Part shown: positions 22,155 to 36,000 of the stretch, piece by piece
How the letters are laid out: each line of letters opens with the position of its first letter
How positions within the stretch are numbered: position 1 is the first letter of the stretch
Origin: Ascidiella aspersa
Lineage: Eukaryota
Assembly (NCBI GenBank): GCA_963924565.1
Contig: OZ004610.1
Location: 31,496,001 to 31,560,000, forward strand
Reading direction: 5' to 3'
DNA length: 64,000 nt
Position numbers and translations under genes: made by a program
Notes under the pieces: generated by a model
What the model was told of the DNA's origin: nothing
The model's input: the letters and a program-made list of their open reading frames with translations, nothing else
Databases searched by the model: none

Positions 22155-25100
22155 TTACAATGGATTCTGGTCGCCTAGCTTTGCAACCGACTGACTAGAG
22201 TTGGAACAAAAGACACGCGAGAAAATAATGGCAAGAACGGTGGCGCAACAAACTGCGAGAGCTGCGATCCCCGTCCACAGAACTACGACAGAGTAATCTG
22301 CAAAATAAAACAAGGCGTTTCAAAAAATTTTGTTGTTTATACGGATATCAGATTTTAGGAAAAAGTTTGGCGGCCTGATATAAAAAAATGTCAGTCCTAC
22401 GTGCAAAATTTATGAATTGTTTTTCTTTAAATGCTTCGCTCAGTTTTGCAGTAGGGTACCGATGCAATAACTTTGCAAACAAGGTTATTCGAAAATGTAG
22501 TATGTTATGTAGTTAATACCCGTCACAATCGCGTTCTTTGGTGTCGAGGCAGTAGCTTTTCCAGGCAAAACGGTTAAAATCGGTGCTAGTTGATCCTCCT
22601 GGAAGGTGAAGCCGCCTTGGGTGGTTCCCTCCAGGTAAAGTTGCTCGATTCTCCGTCCAGGCGAGCCCTTAATGATGGTGATGGGACCTAAGGTGGCGAA
22701 GGCCACGTTCTCTCCGTGCAGGGATCTTTTCTTGCGACCGGCCGAAGAGCAGAAGTAGTTGGGACTGCCGTCGCGACAACTCTGGTGGTTGGAAGAATAA
22801 TGGTTGCCTAATCTGCTCTAAGTATAGTAAATGTGGTGGCCGGCTACATTCGAGAAATAAAAAAAAACGTGTCATTTCTTGAATGGATTGGACATTGTTC
22901 ATATTTGAAAAAAAACTGGTAAAGTGAGTATCCCAGTGTTTATGTAAACGTGTTAAGTAATTGTTTGTAAATGATAAACGGAATATTTACTAAATTTAAA
23001 GTAATCTAAAAGTATTGCACTTTTACTGTTTTGTAAAATCGAGGTGTGATTTCTTCCCCTTTGTGGCCATTTAAGATTCATTGTGATCAAGAAGCTTCAA
23101 AAGGGCTGTTTTTTGTTGAACAGGCATGTGTGTAGCTTTTACTGCTTTAAAATCACGATTGCACTTTCTACGCGTTTGCCTCGCATACTTACGTCGAGGT
23201 TGTCGGACATGCACAGCAGCACTTTTACGTGAATGAAAATGGTCGCACAGCTGGCGGCCTTCGGCACTTGGAAGTTGGCGCAAACCGATTCCGGCGAAGA
23301 CTGGTCACCCGAGCGCATTCCAAATTTAAACAACTGAACTGGACGCTGGCAACTGCAGAAAAACGGTTCGAAATTAAGAATTTTGTTCCGGCAAATTTTT
23401 AAAAGTGACACAATTTCGATCATCTATTCGGGTATTTTCTTGAGGGCAACATAATTATATAATTTGCTGCAGCCTGGTTGTTTCGCATTGTCCGGTGTTT
23501 AACATCTTTTTGTTCGCGCCTCGTGGTTTAGAAAGTGGCTCATTGTTGTTTTTTCTTTCTGTTATTGTTTGCGTGGTATGTATATACATGTTTGCGCCTT
23601 TAGTTGCAACTATATATTGCCCTGAAGAAGATTGATCAATTTTACAATTCAAACAATGCCTGGCAGCATATTCAACGGTTATAAATGTCTGAAATTTTAT
23701 TGCGGATTATCGCCTTACCCTCTGCTCGCCATGGTGGTGAGAATGTCTTTTGTACTGAACGGATCGCTGCTGCACGACAGAAACATCTGTTCCAAAGTGG
23801 CCACGAAGTCCGGTTTCGTCTGTAATTTTTTGTGTTAATGTTTAGCTAGAGTGATCACTATAGATAGAGCGATTATTTTTTGATCTATACACATTTGTTT
23901 TAGACAAAATTGTGACCTGACGTACATGGATTGACCACACGTTGATGTGTTCAGAGATTCAACGATTTGTGCACGTTTACTTCATTTTCAAATGATTTAC
24001 AAATTTTGATCGAGCGTGTGAATTATGACAAAAAATTATCGCCCTACTGATCACTAATTTTTTTTTTTTTTTTTTTTCACCTGCCCAGTGACAACTTTCA
24101 CATTGACGTGGATGACTTGACCGATGGTGTACATCCCGTATTCCTTTACGGTAAGGTGAGAGGGGCATTTGGCGGGACAAGAGTTGATCTTGCACAAGCT
24201 GAATTCAACCGAGAACTTGCCGGAGCGTCCTATACGGACAGGGTCTTGCTGAATGCTGCGAAGAAAATGCAAAACAAAAATTTGAACAGAAATAGGGCTT
24301 AATTCTAGGCCAAGAAACATATTTGACCCCTGAATAGCGCCTTTCACATTTATTTTCTATTCAATTTGAAACAACCGCACAGCACAAGATTGATTGATAA
24401 CACCTAAAGAAAGACAGTCTTAATTCGGTCATAGTTTAGTGATTTGAAGCATAATGGTTAAAGGTTGTAGCCAAACGTTATAAGAATGTCAAAGCCCATA
24501 CAGAAGTAAATAGCGATTTGGCCGTTCAATAAATACCTAAACATAATTATGTTAGTGATTTTTTTTATTAGGTCATACATTGGTTGCAGAGCTGTGGTGA
24601 CGGCGTAATCCCGCGCGTAGACACAAGTGAAGTTAATAACCGGGACTGGCATGTTGAACGATGCGCCAAAAGTGTCGCGGTTTATCCACAGCTTATTCTC
24701 GAAGGGGATTCCCTGTTCTCTAAGGGTCGGGTCGCTGCTGATGAAAGTGCCACAGTCGACGAATGGCAGGGCGATCTCAACACTGTAGCTGCCAGACAAA
24801 GTTACCGCACCTGTACAAAAAAAAAAGAGTAGACCGTGCTGGAAGTAGATGCAATACAACAGGAAACAATAATAATCAAAAACAGCTTCTAGATAACAGT
24901 AATTATTAACTTTCGGTTCGCCGTTATTGCTGTCATAGGTATAGCCACACATCAATTTCCTATATAGCCTTGCTTACCCATGCATTTATCATTGCTGTCG
25001 AAATTTGGCGACACGTAGAACACGCTGTTGCCGACACCGCCGTCGAATTCTGCGTAGAACCTCTCCGAGACAGAGATGGAAATAACAGATTGGCCACAGC

Positions 25101-26264
25101 TCACAATAGGAATAGCTGCATATAAAGATAAAAGTAGTTGCAAAAATTCGTTTATACCCAGGATTACCATATCGTCTTCTTTCTAAGATTTGTGCTTATT
25201 TTTGATCGCAGTGTCTTAGAAAATACCCAAACAAAATCCTGGAACCGCACAGAGTTGTTCAAAGCGTACCTATCCCTTTATACGGGAACCCAGGAAATCA
25301 GCAACACTTGCTCACCAATATCGCAGTTCTTCCCAATGTATCCGGCTTCACTGACACACTGGTAGCCGAGCTCGTGTTTACAAGAGGGCTGGCAAGCGCA
25401 GTCTCCAGCACAAGGGTTCGGCGAGCAGGCGTCGCTAATGACTTCTTCTTCTATGGCGAACATTCTACCAGCCTTGCCGTCCGGTGTAGGTATTTTGGGC
25501 AGACATGTACCAGTGCCGTTGCTGCTCAAAGACAAATTTATGATCACGTACGCTACGCAGCTCTGGTACTGTTGCGAATACAGTTCTCTTCGAATACTTT
25601 TTAACATTGATGGAATCGCAATAAAGACCCAGACGAGTCATAATTAGAGCAAGTCAAGACGTTTGTCATCTGCAGTCATTATCTAAAATCCAAGGCAAGT
25701 CAAGTCATTTGAAGTCAGTAAATTAATTCAAGTTATCGATTTCAGTCATTATGACACCGACTTTTAAGCAATGCTAGAGAACGGAGGGCGTACAATGGCA
25801 TCTTGTCAGAAACAGAACTAGGGAGCAACTAATTGGCTGTAGTGTATTGTGGTTAGTCGAGCACAAAGGAAGTAAAACTTACACAGCGACGCAAGACTTG
25901 TTTTCATCGCACTCTGGTTCGCAAATCGCGGTTTCCTCGTTAGCAGAACCCTCCGAAGCAGCATCATCTGACCTACCTGTTGCTACAAGCGAAGCCAACA
26001 CGAAAAACCTGCAACATACCAAGTAAACAAAACGGATATTTATGCTAATATGCGAATATCTCCTACCAGGCTAAACGTCGCCTTTTTATACGAACTGCAC
26101 TAGCTTAAAAATCGGCCATTTTACGAATAACTCAATAAACTCATACCAGGCTAAAAATCGCCTATTTATATGAATAACCAAATACAGGAAAAATCGCCTA
26201 TTTATGGTAATAGGCCAATACAAACGGAGATCAGAACTTACCATAAATAAAATTGAAGCTTCAT
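22155..26264 (-). CDS. EGF + ZP-domain membrane-anchored precursor (vitelline-coat/uromodulin-like), 10 exons, ~521 aa
   Basis: Exons (minus): 26264-26242, 26008-25883, 25521-25316, 25115-24978, 24810-24579, 24255-24081, 23819-23719, 23352-23193, 22781-22520, 22297-22155. Signal peptide MKLQFYLWFFVLASLVATG; EGF (DACSPNPC...GYIGKNC); ZP-N (VSCGQSVISI, DCGT, INFTCVY); ZP-C (IFIHVKVLLC); furin site RKKR; EHP-like LGPITI; C-terminal TM helix. AATAAA on minus at ~22118-22123. Confidence 0.88.
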
Positions 26265-27010
26265 ATTGAAATTAAGGGGAGTTGAAATAAACTAACGAAC
26301 GAAAAGGAAACTAACTGAAAATAACTAAAGTAACAAAAAATCACAAACTTAACAGCAACGCAATCCAAGAAATAGGTGCTTGCAAAGTTAAAAGCTTTAT
26401 AAACGTGAGACGAAACGTCGGAATGCTGATTGTTGCAGTAATCAGCGGCGTACGTGTTGCTCCTGGATTTAATTGTTACAAATGCCACAAGCAATCTAGT
26501 GAAGATGTAAGTCAGAGATCAGAGGGGAATTATTTTTTTGAAACCATCCAATGTAGCCCAATAAATCATGTTTTTGCAAGTTCCCTTGGGTTTATTAATA
26601 ATTGCAATAAATTACCTCAGTAAATACTACACATACAAAAAAAGGTAGGCTACTATACTTTATATTTTTTGTTTTGTTTTACATTCATTTTCGGCTTATC
26701 TCATTGATTCCACAGTTATTTAAAGATAAAGCAACCAGGATGAGGTAAAAAAATATACTTGCAAATTTTTTAAGAGAACTACCGGTTAAATCGTACACAT
26801 TTTATTGTATCAAAAAGCAGCAATTTTAACGCGTGTTCAACTTTTTACGAGCGCAAATATATGCATTGTGTATATTGTTTTCACACCTCAGAAACAAATA
26901 AGAGAACAACAAAAAATAAACTTCATAAAGTCGAAGTAAAATCGTGAAAGAAACGCAAAATATCTGAAGATTTCAGGTACGTTCATAAAAAAGTTACATC
27001 GATATTTTGT

Positions 27011-30000
27011 TCATAGCGGAATACTGAACACATTTACTCCCGAGTAGTCCCTCGATCGTTGCATTTCGATTGCAACGTTGTTTATCTTCATGTTTTTAAT
27101 GCTTCCGTGGAAACGAGGAGTGGAGGGCAAACCTGCACAAGATAAATCACAAAAATAGTTACCACAGCTAATGAAACAGGGATGGGTACACTCATAAGGG
27201 TGTCATATTGTTCATTCACGCAATACATGGTTGGAAAATATTCAACCATATATGCTGTTCCTCCTTAACAATTTACAGTTTACAACCTTATCAATTTTGA
27301 AATTTGGTATTGAGCATTCGCACATCGGACTCGGGTAGTTTTACGCAGTCTTACTGGACACCCGAGTCCGACTCCAGCAAAAGAAACCGACTTCGTCGAG
27401 TATTGGTTCTGGTTCGCTGTTCTGGTAAAAAAAAATTCCCGGTCATGTCGTCCCGATCAGGTATTACACAGACCGCCTTAATTACAGTTTATTGAAGTAA
27501 TATTGGTTTAAATCGTTGGTTTGAATCATGGAGTTCTTAAACTTTCGGTGCAGCGCCCCCCTTGACTAATGGAAACTGCGGGCCGCCCTATGCGAAAACT
27601 ATGTTTCATTTTCATAGCCACGTTGATTAGCGTACTTACGCAGGCAGTGTTTTCAGATATCTAGAAACATCGCGTAGTGCATTCAAGTCATTGACTTACG
27701 TCGTTACAAAACTGAATACTTAACCGCTAAAGTATATTATACAATGTAATCGCTTATATATGTCAATATAATCAACGCTTGTTTGACCTTTAATTCCCCC
27801 AATGGAGATTTTCAATCCGGAGTCGAATCGCACTTTTTCCCCAGATCGAACAACTTGAGATCGCTTTCCGTTCACGTACATCGTTATCTGCGCAAAATTT
27901 GGGAGAACACATTATTGAATTTTTGTTTGGTAAGATAAGCGTATGTTAAATTTAATGAATAGACTGTTTCCGCCAGGCATTGCACCTATTTTAAAATTGT
28001 TCTTCCGGATATATTTTTATTAATAAATGTACTTATGTCTTTCTCCCAGTTGCAAGATCACCCTGGTGAAAATTTACTGTACAGGTTATGGAATGGTCGG
28101 TACATTTGTTATTTAAAAAAAAAATTTACAGGGAGAAAAAAGTTATAATTATTGTTAAATTTAAACTCAAGATCATTTACCAAGGACAGTAAAATATGTT
28201 ATAAACGGTTTCTTGGCCGTCGGCAAAAAAACTAATATAAGATAATAGATAAAATACTAAACTGGTGTTTTTACTGAAAATCATCAATAGAAAAGAAAAG
28301 TAGACTAAAATCCAATTGGTTTATGCCCGATGTTTTATTCTTCCGTTTAAAAGCCTTATGTGCCATTTAAATCGCGAGACCTTCGTCTCATTTTACCCCT
28401 TACATAAACCCTACAACTATGTCAATCACCTTTGGAGCATAATGCTTGGGGGTTCAAGTAAGATGTAGTAGGAATATCGAAGTCCATACAGAGGTAGGTA
28501 GCATTTTAAACGTTTCGAATAACTCTTTATTCCTTTTCTGTAGAAAATTTTATTCGAAACGTTCACAATGATACCTACTTCTGTATGGCGTTTGGTATTC
28601 TTGTTACAATTACCTTTCCCTTGGACATTTTGCAGTATATGGTCATCCACAGACCGTCGCACAGAGGGTTGTCGCCATTGAAATACTCCGCAAGCTGTAT
28701 CACGTCACCAGAACTATCCAACACTTTGGCAACCAGCTGAAGCAAGAAGAAGAGAAAACAATATTATTAAGTATCATAAGTTTAAGAGTCTTAGCTTTTC
28801 AACACAATGACTCGGTTGTGAAAACAGGGCTGCGGAGTCGGTTCAAAATACACCCGAGTCCGACCCCGACCAAATATGAGATTTCGTCGAGTCCCGAGTC
28901 CGGCCCTGACTCTACAGCCTGTATTTTACCAGTTTACGAAAATAAAATAAGGTGGATATTCAGCAATCCATTTATAGGTGTGTTATATAATTCATTCACC
29001 CACAATACATGGTTGGAAAATTTTCCACCATATGCTATTTCACCTTTACAATTTACAGTTTGCGGCCATATTAGTTTTAAAATTTAGCACTGGGCATGCG
29101 CACGTCAGACTCGGGACTCGGCTAGTTTTACGTGGTCTTACTCGAGCCCGAGTACCGAAAAACAATGTTATTTTTTCCCTGGTCGTGATCCTTTTTTACC
29201 AGGGTGTGCCGTCATTTTCTAGAATGGCGTTATCTCTGAAAGTTTCCGTGCGTTCCGGTTTACTTCAAAGAAAGTCAAATTAGTTTTGGATGAAAAAAAA
29301 AATCTTGTCACAAATCAAGTATTATGCAAAACGTTAACTGAATAAAGATTGTTCCTACTTCGAGTAAAAAGTACCACCTACTTACAGTGGTTCCCAACCT
29401 TTTGGGCTTGCGGCACCCCATATAAATTAGAAATAGTTCGCGGCACCATTTCTCGTATTTTTGCTAATGGTTAAATGTAACGTTACAAAAAACAGATTGA
29501 AACAACATGCATTAACTGTGCATCAAGGTTGAAAACCCCTTAATTTTTACCTTTCCATTTTCCAGGGCTAGGCTGAACGATCCACCGCCCCGTGTTGATC
29601 CAAACAAGACCAAGCCTTCAGAGTAACTGCTTCTAAGGTGAGTTCTAATCGTAAGATCCCTGCTTTGGCCGTACTGGTCGGAACCTTAAAACGACATTTT
29701 TAACTTTTGAGATAAACCTTTCTGATGGAATAAAGTACCAAAAAGAGGTAACATGTTAATGTTAAAATTAATTGTAAAGTTACAATTCTCGCTGCAAGTA
29801 ATTTTTAAATGTTGTCACACACAGTTTCAAGGCACAGACCTTAAACAACGTATTAGGTGTGGATTATTTTGAATAAATATCTAAAGCAGAACAATCTATA
29901 ATACCTGGTATTAGGAACGACGATTTAACGCAATAATAACCACAACAGAATAAGATCTAAAACCGCCTGAATAAGACTTAAACCTGACTGAATAAGTCAC

Positions 30001-33000
30001 AGTAATACGTGTGCCTAATTTTAAATAAATATCAAAAGCAGAATAATCTATTATACCTATAGTATTAGTTAGGAACGACGATTTAAAAAAGCCATGAAGT
30101 CTGCGCAGTATTAACCACAACAGAATTAGATATAAAACCGTCTGAATGAGACTTAACTAAGCGGAATACGCCAACGTAATAGGTGTGGCTAATCTTGATT
30201 AAATCGCCTTCTGCAAGTCATAATCATCATAAGCCGTTTAAACAAATGGCGAGAATAAGCTACCAAGAGTGCTGGTGTCAAAAAGAACTCACATAAGGTA
30301 CATATGGATACCTAATGGGTAGACAAACATATTTACTTTTACCACGTTAAAATAAAATCCACTTACCAAACACTGCATATCCGGTGCCGTAGAAATAAGC
30401 TCCGCTATTGTCGGGAGACTTGAGGCAGCCGGAGTGACCTTGCTTGACCTTCCGCTTGGACGGCAGCCAGGAAATCTTGCCTGCTTTTAATCTCAAATGC
30501 GACATGCACCCCTTGAAGTGCGCATCCAACCCCTAAAACAAAGTATACTATAGGCATGGTGTATTTGTAATGCAAAAATATATATTTTACTTTGCTTTAT
30601 TTCACTTTGCCTTTCTACTTTTGCCACTAATTTCTTTTTCGCCTTTGTTTGCTAAAGGACAATTCCTTAGTTTTTGCAAATTGCTGAAACTAAAGAACCC
30701 CGGCAGCCTGCGGTTTTGGGCGTTGTGTGGTACAGTGCAGTTGGTTTTATGAGCGAGCGAGCTGGCGTACGCGCTCGCCATTCTGACAATAAACACTAAT
30801 GTCCAATTTGAGTGTGACATCCGGTCAGTGACAGACCGCCAAACAAAAAGTTTTGTCTAAAGTAGAAATATAACAGTTTTTAGTCCGAAAAGACTAAAAA
30901 AAAAAACTCCCCAACAGCGCGTTAGTATTGAGATTTAAAAAATGCGATTATCTATTTTATATTCTTTCGGCCACGCACAGGACGATATATTTCCCATAAT
31001 GTCAGTAGTAGCCAAATTATAAATTTGTGCAATTTACCTGAACCGCCATAAAGGTACGGTTTGTAGGAACTCCGCCAACGTAGATTTCGGTTCCTTTAGG
31101 CAGGGTTGTGTTCCCCGGTTGTACGCCGCGATAAACAGTTTTTCCGTCAACAATCAACCTCAGGTTCTTGGGCGAAATCCGTAAGTTTACCTATAATAAA
31201 AATAAGGCAATACCTTTAGAACAATTTAAAAAAACGTTTTGAAATATTTTTTCTTAACGAGTACTCCAATGCATTAACGCAGCAAAATAGAAGAGTAAAT
31301 AAAAACGCTATAAGTTTCATCAATCAAAATAAAACGTCAATCTTTTAGTTCAGGAGTCACCAAACTATGGCTTATTAAAGAATTGTTGAAAGCAGTTATT
31401 GACATTTCCTTAGTTTTTTAGACAACAATTTAATTCTGATCCGCGATTGTTGATACTTTTGATCAAAAAAATAATGCAGGTTTTTATATAAACAAAAATT
31501 ATCCAGCTTTTTGTGAGAAAAAACGATTTTTTACGAAAAAAATTATCCGACTTATTACGAGAAAAAAAAGTCCGGTTTTATATTAAAAATAAATTACGCA
31601 TTTTTTTGAAAAAAAACAAATATTCCAGATTTTTATGGAAAAACAATTTTCCGGCTCTTGATCAAAAAAAATCTGCCGCTATTTATGTGAAAAAAAAATC
31701 GCGACTTTTTATGTGAAAAATACCGATCCGGCATTTTATGAAAAAAAATCGGCGACCCCCCAGTTAGTTGCTAAAGTTTAACCTCATGCCAAGCGCCGTC
31801 GCCGAGATCTGGTCCATCTGAGGCCGACTGTGTCCAGGTCTCGGCGTACTGCTCTGCTCTGTACTCGTACGAGATCAAGCCGTCCCTGATGAACACGTAT
31901 CTGTAACTTCGCTCCTCGCCACCATCATCTAACGCCATGATCACTCCGTCACGTGACCAACCACGCAGGCGGACCGAAAAGTAAAACCTGTGAAAGGAAC
32001 AAACAATGAGACCTACAGAGCAACAGTATCTAAGGCAGGATAATCTTTAATACATATAGTATTAGGACCGATGATGTGAAAATAGCCAAGTACGCAGTAA
32101 CCACAACAGAATAAATCTAAAATCCGTCTAAAGGGCAAATATAACGCTTGAAACGGTAGAGATAGGGGGTATTGGGCGAATGGTTCGGCAATTGCCGTTT
32201 TGGTGTCGACGTTTGGGCGCCATTTAAAGTTTAAATGGCGTGGTTAAGGCGCTGCTGTTTTGGCACTGGATTTGGTCCTATACGTGCGGTTATTGGTAGG
32301 TAATGGGTGATGGGGGTAGAAAATGGGTTAGGGCTGTAGTTAATTAGGAGTGGGGTTTGGGGTTAGGTAAAGTGTTGTTTATAGGCATGATTCTGGCCAT
32401 TTAGGTCGTATTCCGACGGGTTTAGGACTTACCGATTTAGACGGCATTACGACTATTAGGTGTTAGTCCTATGAGTCCCTTCAAAAAACATATATATATA
32501 TATATATCCATGAATGTAGACTGCCTTTTCATTAACTATACTGTGCATATTTATATTAAACACTTACTTTTTACGTGATTTTTTGGCAAACTTGATCGTA
32601 ATATAATCGTCGCTTCTGGCCCCAAGCAAAAGATGTTTGTGACCTCCGAAGCTCACGTTTCTGTTGCCGCTGCACGACACCAAAGGCGCCGAGGGTGCTG
32701 AGGGTTCCAGGTGTGCCAGGGGTTCAACAGGTTCCAAGGATTCCATGGGTTCCACAGGGGCCAGAGGTGCCAGGGGCGTGCAAGCTATGCCATCTCCATG
32801 GAGACGAAATCCCGACGAACAACCGCAGTGAAAGGAACCAGGGGTGTTAACACAGTTCTGCAAATATTGTAATTGTCAGTTATTAGCAGTGTTGTAAACA
32901 AGTATCATTGAAGTGACTTAATTACCAGTCAAGTCATTTGCAATATAACTTAAGTCCAAGTCAAATATTTACAAAAATAACAAGTCAAGTCACACTACTA

Positions 33001-36000
33001 GTCGTTTAAAAAAAAAAACTAAGCGTATAAAATATTATGGACGTAAAATATAAAATTCTGCAGAGGGGGGCTTGCTTCTAAATATTCAAGAAAAAATATA
33101 AAAGTTTTTAGTTTCGTATCGCAAGACTGTCCAATTAACTGGTGTATAACACAGCTACTTCAAACGAGTTTTAGCTGCCTTTTACGTTACCTGTTGACAT
33201 TGAGCACCTTGTTGATGTGCGCATTCGTCTATATCCACACAGTTGGGTGGCTCACCGGAATATCCGTCCCTAAACAATAGTGGGTAGTTACAGGGGCCAA
33301 TCAAGGTCGAAACATGGTATTGGGCCGAGACGTTAAACGGCCCCTGACTGCGTTCCATAATTTGTGGCCACCAAAGATATACGCCAAAATAGTTTTCTCC
33401 AGAAATCTTAAGCCAAAATGGGACGATATATACGTCAAAAACGACAATTTTTTTTGGTAAACTCACTAGGCCAGCCATGTTTCACGCCAAATGGGCCACT
33501 GGCGTGATTTTGCAAAGCATTCACGCCAAAGATCTCTGGCGGGAAGGCATTGGAATGCAATTAGGCTACACCCTAGCAAACGGGTATTTACATTATGCTT
33601 ACTGGCAAGAACAATGGAAAGAGCCAATCGTGTTGGTGCAGTTATGTTCACATTGGTTGGCTATCGAGCATTCGTCAATATCCGAGCACAACGCGCCCAT
33701 CGAAGTGAATCCTTCTCCACAAACACAGATAAAAGAACCTGTATACAAAATGATGATTGGCGTTAATCTCGATTATTGTGTAATGACAGGGACGAATTAT
33801 GCTTTTTTGAGGCCCTGCCCTAATCACTTAAGACTTTGGTGCCCTATATGTGTCATTTAAAGCAGTGGTCGGCAAACACCGGTCCGCGAGGAGTTGGTTA
33901 CCGGTACGTAGCAGGGTTGTCAGATTAAAATTTTGTTTAAACACGAACTGTAGGCTACGTAAAAACCTGGTAAAAAGTCAAAAATAATTAAGCAGCAACT
34001 GACTGAGTGTTAACGCAATACTCAAAAAACAGTCAATGAGCAAAAACTGTCTGAAAGTAGTAAAAGTACATTAATGTATAGTAAATGTTATATTAACTAC
34101 ATCGTTTGTGACGTAACAATGCCTGACAATTAAAGGCGTGGCATGCCTCTGATGTGATCAAATGTTGTGGTACTGCTCATAAATGCTACAAAACAAATTA
34201 TTAAGAGTAAAATATTTATAAATTTTGGGGGGGGGCATGGCCCCTCAGGCCGACCCCTGGCTACGCCTATGAGATGGGAGCCTCACTTTGCGACAAAACA
34301 ACCATAAAGTTCGCATTGAAAGTTGTAATAAATTTCCTTTCCTGCACATTTGTTGTTTTTAAAGGCCGGTCCGCGACAAAATTTTAGTTTTAAACCGGTC
34401 CGCAGTGCAAAAAAGGTTGCCGACCCCTGATTTAAAGCACAAGAAACCACACAATATATTAATGGAAAATATAAAGAGGTTTACGATGATAGCGGTACCT
34501 GAAAAAATAAGCAAAAATTTATTTCATCAATGTTTAATCCAGTGGAATCAAAACGAAGGCAAGGCAAAAAGTAGAAAAGTCACGCCTGATACACATGCAG
34601 TGTTTCCTCTAAAACCCCAAGTAGGCAACACAGTAAAATCACAATTAATAAAATAAGGTAAATAAGGTACCGGTAGGCTATTTAACTAGATTTAACAATG
34701 ATTTTGGGCAAGGTGTAACATATTGGAAAAGCAGAACGAAAAGAAGCTTTTTAATAAAATGAATGCTTCGTTTTTGCTAGTTTCACCAGTTGGCAAATTT
34801 GTATTTCGTTAGCGGCTCTAAAAAATACGCGAGAAAACATAACTGCTGTGAAATTTTAACCAACGGTTTTACTCTTAGCGAGATAATCGCGCTACTAAGT
34901 TTGCTACGCAAGATATAGGCGGCGAAGCAAATATTGTGTTTCTACTATGCGCTTTGTCTGGCTGTTCTTAAAGCAAAATTACCTAACCATATATTATTTG
35001 CTTAGAATTTTTCAAAGTGGAGAACACTATCTTACTGCATATTTTGGTGCAAACATTCTTTAAGGCGTATATACTTAGACTGTTGCCATTCAAATAAGCG
35101 CTTTTCGCACGATTGCCACGTGGAGTTCCGTAGTGTAGTGGTTATCACGTCTGCTTTACACGCAGAAGGTCATGGGTTCGAACCCCATCGGAACTACGTT
35201 TTTTTAAACATCGTTGTCGTGTGTATAATATTATGGGGAGTTGTTGCCTAAGGTTTTTGCTGTTTATGCTGTTCTTTAACGGTTCTTAATAAATCATTAT
35301 TGAGCTTATTACGCACGAGTTTAAATAGTATAAAATTAAGATTTTACATTTCGCAAATTTTACGAGTTTTAACTAAAGTAACGGATAACTGCATTTTCGT
35401 ATTCATAGACCGTCACTCAGAATATTAGAAAAATGACATATGGATTCGTATAAGCTTTTATAAATATTTTTTATTAAATCGGAATCTCATCGACAAATCT
35501 GCACTCGTCAAAACGTCGCTTTAAACGCTTTTTACAGTGGGCGATATTTCAATATTATTGCTAGTTTTCTACTGTGTGCCCCTACTGCATTCTAGAAATT
35601 GGCCAAAAGATTGACTCACCAAAAGTTTGTAAATCCCACGGCAAAATTATTTTAAATATTGTAAAATCACCATGCTGTAGGCCAGTGGTCGGCAAACTGT
35701 GGGCCGCAGAGCCATTTTCAGTGGGCCGCGAGTTAATTTTGAATAGCTAAGTGTTATGTAGTTGCGGGCCGCGCGATAGCCGTAAATTCAATGCTCCTTA
35801 TTTTAAAAGTTAGTGTGGCATAGAATTTTTAAATTGGCTCAACTTGGAAAGGCCCACGTGACAAATGTGGTCATGAGAGTGCCTGTCGAATTTTTTTTTG
35901 CCAACTTTAACTTTGTGTAAATGTACAATTTTCCGCGCTATTGTTTTTGTTTTATAGTATGTTTTACAATATGGCATGGTCGTGTTTTGGTCATCAATTC

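Noticed and set aside
23615-23670. CTGAAGA followed by a possible stem and CAAA
   Set aside because: GAAA core missing; cannot be distinguished from chance.
32290-32370. GGGTTAGGG-type motifs as telomere sequence
   Set aside because: Isolated degenerate units inside interspersed repeats, not a tandem (TTAGGG)n array.
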